A program made the position numbers and the translations under genes. A stretch of DNA of 5,340 nucleotides from Candidatus Baldrarchaeum yapensis. Its GTDB lineage: Archaea; Asgardarchaeota; Baldrarchaeia; Baldrarchaeales; Baldrarchaeaceae. The notes beneath the pieces were generated by a model. That model saw nothing but the letters and a program-made list of their open reading frames with translations. It ran no database searches and was not told where the DNA came from. Position 1 is the stretch's first letter; every line of letters starts with the position of its first letter. Shown here piece by piece: positions 1 to 4,981 of the stretch. Location of the stretch: NCBI GenBank assembly GCA_016840465.1, contig JAEOSH010000078.1, positions 1-5,340 of the forward strand. The letters run 5' to 3'.

Positions 1-2
1 CC

Positions 3-899
3 TTCGTACTGGAGAGAATACCGGCTGAGGGAAAACTAAAAGTGGTACTCGACCCCGGAAACGGAGTCGCCACCCACGTCGCTCCTAAACTCTTCAAAGA
101 GGCAGGCTTCGACGTCATAACAATAAATGAAAAACCGGACGGAACATTCAGTGGAAGATCTCCGGACCCCCTCGAAGACCCCCTCACCCAACTCAGAGAG
201 ACCGTCGTACGTGAAAAGGCCGACCTCGGAATAGCATATGATGGCGATGGCGACAGGGCAATATTTGTTGATGACAAGGGAAGAAAGCTCCTGACGGAAA
301 AAGTGGGGCTCCTCCTCGTAAGGAGAATCCTATCTGAAAGAAAGGGAGCAACCATTGTGGTAAACGCCTCATGCAGCATGATAGTGGATGAGGAAGTCAA
401 ACGGTTGGGAGGAAAGATAGTAAGGTCGCGTGTCGGTGACGTCTTCGTGTCAAGAGTCGTAAAGGAGCACAACGCCGCCCTCGGAATAGAAATGTCCGCC
501 CACTTCTTCCTGCCAACCCTCGGCTTCTACTTCGACGACGCAATCGCCGCATCCTTCATGATAACCGCAGAACTCGAAAAAACAGGCGAAAAACTATCAA
601 CACTCATGGATCAGATCCCCAGCTATCCCCTCAAGAGAACAAATATCGAGTGCCCCGACCACATAAAGTTCCAAGTGATCCAGAAACTAATTGAACGGTT
701 CAGATCCGAAGGTTATGATATAGACACAACCGATGGCGTGAGGGTAAATCTCGAAAACGGATGGATCATAATGCGTCCATCAAATACGGAACCAAAGATA
801 AGAGTAACAGCAGAGGCGAGAACTGATGAAGAACTGGAAAAGATATTCTCGAAATTTGTGAAAAATCTTCGCGATTTAATCATCAATATCTCTAAATAA
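3..899 (+). CDS. Alpha-D-phosphohexomutase, most likely phosphomannomutase/phosphoglucomutase (PMM/PGM); 5'-truncated by the window edge
   Basis: The frame is open from base 3 (FVLERIPAEGKLKVVLDPGNG...), so the track's GTG at 42 is not the real start; stop TAA at 897-899. Motifs: VLDPGNG, metal-binding loop DGDGDR, sugar-binding loop EMSAH (closer to PMM/PGM-type EMSGH than GlmM-type EQSGH), DGVRV and phosphate-binding RPSNTEP. The catalytic phosphoserine loop lies upstream of the window. Confidence 0.93.
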   Translation, partial: FVLERIPAEGKLKVVLDPGNGVATHVAPKLFKEAGFDVITINEKPDGTFSGRSPDPLEDPLTQLRETVVREKADLGIAYDGDGDRAIFVDDKGRKLLTEKVGLLLVRRILSERKGATIVVNASCSMIVDEEVKRLGGKIVRSRVGDVFVSRVVKEHNAALGIEMSAHFFLPTLGFYFDDAIAASFMITAELEKTGEKLSTLMDQIPSYPLKRTNIECPDHIKFQVIQKLIERFRSEGYDIDTTDGVRVNLENGWIIMRPSNTEPKIRVTAEARTDEELEKIFSKFVKNLRDLIINISK

Positions 900-962
900 A
901 TTCTGATTCACGAGATGGATCGAATGATATTAAAAATTCGGATTAAATCATAAGAAACGGTG

Positions 963-970
963 TTTAAATA
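963..970 (+). promoter_or_regulatory. Candidate archaeal TATA box TTTAAATA (predicted TSS ~993)
   Basis: Matches the archaeal TATA consensus TTTAWATA. A pyrimidine-purine step (T992-A993) lies ~26 nt from the box centre. Purine-rich AAGAAA at 952-957 is a loose BRE candidate. The region is AT-rich, so a chance match is possible. Confidence 0.4.
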
Positions 971-992
971 TAGATTTTTCATGTATTAAGTT

Positions 993-1078
993 AAAGCCTT
1001 GGAGGAGTAGCATAACTCGATGGTATGCAGGATAGTAATGTTGCTATTAACCTAGGAACTGGCTTGTTTTCTGTTTTT
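993..1078 (+). ncRNA. Candidate small structured RNA or leader hairpin, family unknown
   Basis: Nested pairings AAGCC(994-998)/GGCTT(1061-1065), AGG(1003-1005)/CCT(1051-1053), AGTAGCA(1006-1012)/TGCTATT(1042-1048, one G-U), bracketed by the TATA box at 963-970 and a T-rich tail at 1064-1078. Folded by eye only. Confidence 0.25.
1064..1078 (+). terminator. Oligo-T tract, candidate archaeal terminator for the pmm transcript or the putative small RNA
   Basis: TTGTTTTCTGTTTTT: 12 of 15 bases are T, upstream of the next promoter. Confidence 0.4.
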
Positions 1079-1112
1079 ATAATAAACAAACCTATTTCTG
1101 CTTACACACAAC

Positions 1113-1121
1113 TTTTATATT
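1113..1121 (+). promoter_or_regulatory. TATA box for the solute-binding protein gene (predicted TSS ~1143)
   Basis: TTTTATATT preceded by ACACAAC. A T1142-A1143 initiator-like step lies ~26 nt downstream of the box centre, giving a ~40-nt leader. Confidence 0.55.
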
Positions 1122-1162
1122 ACCTTAACGGAACATTTCCCTAAAAACACAAATGGGTTGAA

Positions 1163-1176
1163 GGGAGAATCGGGTG
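1163..1176 (+). promoter_or_regulatory. Shine-Dalgarno-like elements GGGAG (1163-1167) and GGGTG (1172-1176)
   Basis: GGGTG is 6 nt before ATG 1183 and GGGAG is 6 nt before GTG 1174. Both resemble the archaeal GGAGGTGA consensus. Confidence 0.5.
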
Positions 1177-1182
1177 GGTTAC

Positions 1183-3924
1183 ATGGAAGGAAAAAATGTA
1201 ACGAGAATATTATTGATGGTAATATTCACAATAACTCTAGTACTGCCTCTGTTATCAATACCGTCAGCCATGGCTCTGCAACAGTCAACTATCACTGCAC
1301 AGTCAAGTGAACCAGGACCTGCTGTTGATAAAATAACTGTAGGAATCACTACTTCACAAGAAACGGGAATTGGCGACGTGGCCGCTGGTAGAATTGATAT
1401 ATTCCTCTGGGCTGCGCCCCCAACAGCATATGTCGGGATGTCAGCCGAACAACTTGAAAATATAGTACTGATTAGAAGTGCGAGTGGTTATTGGTCTCTA
1501 CTTTTCAATCCGGCATACAATAAGACATTATCTGAGGAACATGGAACAGTAATACCCCTTATGTATATAGATGGGAAGTGGCACTTCAATCCATTCGCAT
1601 TAAAGAAGGTAAGATACGCGATGCAATTCCTAGTAAACAGAAAATACATAGTTGACGAAATACTTGCTGGTGGCGGAGCTCCCATGTACTCACCAGTTAT
1701 GTCAAGTGAACCTTCAGCACCGCGGTTCCTAGAGGTTTATGAAAAACATGGACTTACGCCAACTGGTGATCTGGCCAAAGCGTTAGAAATGATAGACGAA
1801 GCAATGAATGAGACCGCAAGGATATTATCTGAGAAGGAACTCGGCACTCTTGAAAAGAGACCTGCTGATGATGCACCTGCTGGTTACTGGTGGTACTTTA
1901 ATGACGAACCCGTTGTGGTGAAATTTTACATAAGGATAGAGGATGAGCGGCTTGAAGAGGGTCGTTACATTGCTGACTTAATAGAACAAGCGGGTATTAA
2001 GGTCGAGAGACTCGAGAGAGATAGATGGACGTGCATTCAGGAGGTATATTTGTCCGACCCTGCTGACCTAAAATGGCATATCTATACGGAAGGATGGGTG
2101 GCAATGGCATCATGGGCATATCCCGAGTGGTCGATAGCGCAAATGTATGCTCCATGGGTCGGATGGATGCCAGGTATTCAGGTGGAAGGATGGTGGCAAT
2201 ACGAGAATTCAACTATCGACGAAATTACTATTAAATTATGTACAGGCCAGGTGCCAAATGAGACGGTATATTGGGAGTATTGTAAGAAGGCTGTTGACAT
2301 AGGAATTGAAGAATCTGTACGTGTGTTTGTATGTGAAACATGGGAGTTCTTCCCGGTACACACCGCTGTGACAAATTTGGTATTTGATCAAGTAGCAGGT
2401 CTATGGACTAGATGGTCTCTAATAACAGCAAATACCTCAACTGGTGTGTTGTCAACGAAGGAATTCTCAGCGGCAGGCGCTTTGTTCATGTCAGCGTGGA
2501 ATCCCGTAGGTGGTTTCCAAGATGTATACTCAGAGATTCTATGGAGAGTCATTAGAGACTTCGGTTCATTCGCATCCACACGCGGTGAACCAACGCAAGT
2601 CCGTACAACATGGACTGTTAAGACCAACTACGAATTTGACACAGAAGGTAATTTAATAGGAAAAATAGAGGTCCCAGCCGATGCTGTCGTATATAATCCA
2701 GTGAAAGAACAATGGGTGAATGTGGGATCTGGCAAAACAGCAGCTGTAGAGGTAAGATATTCATTAAAGCTAGGAAACTGGCATTATAGCGCATTGTTTG
2801 AGAATTGGAATGCACCTGCAGAAGCAAATATGTCCATGGCCGATGTGAAGTATTGGATAGCTTTCTGGTATGAATGGGCAAGTAACGATTCTGCAACTGA
2901 TAAGTTTTACGATAAAGCAATTGCTGAGGAATGGCAACCCATATTGGATACAATAAAAGGCTTCAAGTTCTTCGACAACGGCACTGTGGTGGTATGGGGC
3001 GACTACGTACACCCAGTAAGTCGTGATGTGATAGCGGATTACTACGCAACATTTGCATGGCCTCCTGTTCCTTGGGAATTGTTAGACGCCATGTCATGGG
3101 TCGTAGCTTACGGTGGTAATGTCACGGATTACGAGTATTCTTGGGACGGGTCAAAAGGTGAGTGGATAGATATGCTAAACCCCAATCACGTACTAGATCT
3201 CAGGAAATTAATAGAAGAGATGAAAAATGAAGGTTACATACCGGTTCCTATCTCAGAAGATGTAACACTTGATGTTGCAAAGGTTAGATATGAATTATTT
3301 GTGAACTTTACTGATACCTTCGGTCACGCTGTAATAAGCAACGGTCCATTCTATCTGGCCAGATGGGAACCTGGCATGATCTACTTAGAACTTCATGCAT
3401 TTAGAGATCCGTCATATCCATTTACTGCAGATTATTGGTATGAGAAGATGAAGATCTCCATACCCGTGATCGCTGCACTTGAAGTGCCAGCGGAGGTCAC
3501 TGCAGGAGAGGATGCGATTATTAACATTACAGTAACTATTGACGGACAACCTGCGCCTAATGGCACTTACGTGTATGTGAGAATTAGAAATTCAACGAGC
3601 AGTGAAATATTCTACGAAGGCAATGCAAAATATGTAAGTGAAGGAAAATTCAGATTCATTATACCCGCCAATGTCACTAAGGAGATGCCTGAGGGATCTA
3701 CATGGATGGTTGATGTTCTAGTGGCAGAGAAAGAAGGAGCATTTCCAGTGATCCGCTGGAGTGCATTCGCTGTAGTAGCTGCGCCGCCTCCACCACCACC
3801 TCCAGCAGAAGTCACTTTTGCAGGTATCCCATGGTGGGGTTGGATAGGCATTAGTACTGTTGTCACAGCTGTGGTGGTAATTGGTGCCATGACAGTCCTC
3901 AGAAGGAGAGCTGCAAGTGCATAG
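1183..3924 (+). CDS. ABC transporter extracellular solute-binding protein, family 5 (DppA/OppA/NikA-like), archaeal membrane-anchored type (alternative start GTG 1174)
   Basis: 913 aa from ATG 1183. Signal peptide (KNVTR then a hydrophobic stretch, AMA cleavage-like site). Family-5 motifs: AVDKITV...GRIDIF, LLFN, NPFALKKVRYAMQFLVNRKYIVDEILAGGG, WNPV...DVYSEILW, LKLGNWH...MADVKY, SNGPFYLARW. C-terminal beta-rich domain, P7 linker, TM helix and RRR. An OppB-type permease follows downstream. Confidence 0.92.
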   Translation: MEGKNVTRILLMVIFTITLVLPLLSIPSAMALQQSTITAQSSEPGPAVDKITVGITTSQETGIGDVAAGRIDIFLWAAPPTAYVGMSAEQLENIVLIRSASGYWSLLFNPAYNKTLSEEHGTVIPLMYIDGKWHFNPFALKKVRYAMQFLVNRKYIVDEILAGGGAPMYSPVMSSEPSAPRFLEVYEKHGLTPTGDLAKALEMIDEAMNETARILSEKELGTLEKRPADDAPAGYWWYFNDEPVVVKFYIRIEDERLEEGRYIADLIEQAGIKVERLERDRWTCIQEVYLSDPADLKWHIYTEGWVAMASWAYPEWSIAQMYAPWVGWMPGIQVEGWWQYENSTIDEITIKLCTGQVPNETVYWEYCKKAVDIGIEESVRVFVCETWEFFPVHTAVTNLVFDQVAGLWTRWSLITANTSTGVLSTKEFSAAGALFMSAWNPVGGFQDVYSEILWRVIRDFGSFASTRGEPTQVRTTWTVKTNYEFDTEGNLIGKIEVPADAVVYNPVKEQWVNVGSGKTAAVEVRYSLKLGNWHYSALFENWNAPAEANMSMADVKYWIAFWYEWASNDSATDKFYDKAIAEEWQPILDTIKGFKFFDNGTVVVWGDYVHPVSRDVIADYYATFAWPPVPWELLDAMSWVVAYGGNVTDYEYSWDGSKGEWIDMLNPNHVLDLRKLIEEMKNEGYIPVPISEDVTLDVAKVRYELFVNFTDTFGHAVISNGPFYLARWEPGMIYLELHAFRDPSYPFTADYWYEKMKISIPVIAALEVPAEVTAGEDAIINITVTIDGQPAPNGTYVYVRIRNSTSSEIFYEGNAKYVSEGKFRFIIPANVTKEMPEGSTWMVDVLVAEKEGAFPVIRWSAFAVVAAPPPPPPPAEVTFAGIPWWGWIGISTVVTAVVVIGAMTVLRRRAASA
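3784..3909 (+). other. C-terminal membrane anchor: 7-Pro linker, GIPWWGW-initiated TM helix, RRR stop-transfer
   Basis: PPPPPPP at 3784-3804 (mixed CCN codons), IPWWGWIGISTVVTAVVVIGAMTVL at 3826-3900, RRR at 3901-3909. Confidence 0.85.
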
Positions 3925-3969
3925 TTCAAAGGTGTAAAGTACTTCCTCTTCACCATTTCAATAATCCAA

Positions 3970-4000
3970 TTTTTTACTTTAACTTTTTTAGTAACTTTTT
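3970..4000 (+). terminator. Triple oligo-T archaeal terminator downstream of the solute-binding protein gene
   Basis: T6 (3970-3975), T6 (3984-3989) and T5 (3996-4000), starting ~45 nt after the stop. Includes direct repeat TAACTTTTT at 3980-3988 and 3992-4000. Confidence 0.7.
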
Positions 4001-4023
4001 GATCTTCCGCTTTAGCTTCAAGC

Positions 4024-4033
4024 GAGGCTGTTT
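4024..4033 (+). repeat. Left terminal inverted repeat GAGGCTGTTT
   Basis: Exact reverse complement of 4899-4908. Confidence 0.8.
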
Positions 4034-4106
4034 GTAAAGGTAGGGTCTATAAGGGTGCCCCGCTCCTGCTCCATAGATTCATTGTGATGACTCAATTAGT
4101 CCGTGG

Positions 4107-4848
4107 ATGCGCCACATAGCACAACACAGTTATAGCTATCTCGTTATGGCAAAGAGACTAGCGCTGGAGTTGCAGACGAGGCAGAGACACATGGAACGCC
4201 CTTTGAAGTACGAGACGTGGAAGCTCACAGATCTATGCGCAATGAAGGCTCCTCCTCAAAATAACTTTCAAAAGAGCCGCAGAACTCGCACCATTCATTG
4301 TGGGCGCATTCTCAGCCCTCAACAATATATATAGAGCTTAGTGAAACTAAAAAGACTGGGCGATGAAATCCGATTTTCTAATTGCAGACTTCACAGGAAT
4401 CCCGTACCGACAAAAGAATCTCTAAATCAAGGTTCACTTTCTGTACGACATACGATCTGCCCTCGTAATAGCCACAACCTCCAGCCCTGTACGGGAAACT
4501 CCTGCACTCGATTCTTGAGAAATCCATCGTGTTCGCGGACTACGCATACTTCGAAAGGGACAGCATCGAGAAAACCTTGGAAAGGGATGTGCTCCTTCTT
4601 GCAAAATCCAGAGAAGCGGCGATGCTGGGCCGCAAAGGTACGAAAGGATATTCGAGAGCCTCAAACACCTTCACCGCCATAGAAGCGAGGGAGAACGCTT
4701 CTGCTCGAGGCTAAAGGCGAGATTGAGAAGGAGGCTGAGGTACTAACTCGTTGAACGCGCGGTCGCACCAGTGAAGTGGTTATTCTTCGCGTTGAACGTG
4801 AAGCGAGTCGCCACCGGGAGAGCGAGCATGTGGCGCGGAAATAAATGA
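4107..4848 (+). pseudogene. DDE transposase pseudogene (IS5/IS4-type)
   Basis: Manual reconstruction: ..MERPLKYETWKLTDLCAMK (frame 3) / LLLKITFKRAAELAPFIVGAFSALNNIYRA (frame 1 from 4249) / LVKLKRLGDEIR (frame 3) / FLIADFTGIPYRQKNL*IKVHFLYDIRSALVIA (frame 1; D1 at 4387, stop 4423) / GKLLHSILEKSIVFADYAYFERDSIEKTLERDVLLLAKSR (frame 2; D2 at 4538) / RYERIFESLKHLHRHRSEGERFCSRLKARLRRRLRY*LVERAVAPVKWLFFALNVKR...NK* (frame 1; E at 4693, stop 4744, end 4848). H-x2-R-x3-E-x6-K matches the Y(2)R(3)E(6)K signature, with CAC one transition from TAC. The start (4107 or 4146) is uncertain. Confidence 0.85.
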
Positions 4849-4898
4849 CGCCCTAGGCCGATGCCTGGCCGTGTGGGTCTATGTTAAATTTATCTATG

Positions 4899-4908
4899 AA
4901 ACAGCCTC
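4899..4908 (-). repeat. Right terminal inverted repeat (AAACAGCCTC on +)
   Basis: Exact reverse complement of 4024-4033; lies 50 nt after the transposase stop. Confidence 0.8.
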
Positions 4909-4912
4909 TCGT

Positions 4913-4940
4913 CAAAAGCGTAAATTTAATTTAGATAAAT
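4913..4940 (+). promoter_or_regulatory. Candidate BRE/TATA region for the permease gene
   Basis: CAAAAGCG (BRE-like) followed by AT-rich TAAATTTAATTTAGATAAAT, ~40-70 nt upstream of the permease start. The exact TATA register cannot be fixed by eye. Confidence 0.4.
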
Positions 4941-4981
4941 CTTAATGTCGTAACAAGGTATGCGATGTAGAGATGATGAAC

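Larger units (their letters stand above)
4024..4908 (+). mobile_element. Decayed insertion sequence, DDE_Tnp_1-type (IS5 family most likely), ~885 bp
   Basis: Perfect 10-bp terminal inverted repeats GAGGCTGTTT/AAACAGCCTC enclose a fragmented DDE transposase. Sampled GC is higher than the AT-rich flanks. Size and GAG- termini fit IS5-family elements. No target-site duplication (left flank AGC, right flank TCG). Confidence 0.82.

Noticed and set aside
42-44. GTG start proposed by the ORF track for the mutase
   Set aside because: The frame is open to the window start and the N-terminal phosphoserine domain is missing, so the gene begins upstream.
1488-3012. Six minus-strand ORFs of 61-111 aa inside the binding-protein gene
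   Set aside because: Antisense shadows of a long, well-supported CDS, with no recognisable motifs or expression signals.
3931-3954. GGTG...CACC stem and AAGTACTT palindrome after the binding-protein stop
   Set aside because: Short and imperfect; expected by chance.
3612-3956. 114-aa minus-strand ORF with a poly-Gly run
   Set aside because: The Gly run is the reverse complement of the poly-Pro codons; the ORF shadows the anchor region.
4017-4023. Target-site duplication flanking the IS
   Set aside because: Left flank TTCAAGC and right flank TCGTCAA share no terminal direct repeat of 2 bp or more.
4084-4090. GTGATGA (and ATGATGA at 4973-4979) as box C of a C/D guide RNA
   Set aside because: No CTGA box D at a suitable distance downstream. 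The second copy is simply tandem ATG codons and the SD-like element.
4348-4354. TAAAAAG as a programmed -1 frameshift site in the transposase
   Set aside because: Only five A residues rather than the A6G heptamer, and the many other disruptions indicate decay.
4645-4665. ERIFESLK (4642-4665) as the catalytic E-x6-K motif
   Set aside because: It lacks the upstream Y/R spacing. The downstream H-x2-R-x3-E-x6-K at 4672-4716 fits the full signature.
4107-4714. Tracked ORFs 4107-4334, 4341-4682, 4529-4714 (+) and 4434-4664 (-) as independent small genes
   Set aside because: Explained as in-frame pieces, off-frame continuations or the antisense of the frameshifted transposase.
4853-4868. Hairpin CTAGGC-CGAT-GCCTGG after the transposase stop
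   Set aside because: Only 6 bp with one G-U pair and no T-tail; too weak to call a terminator.
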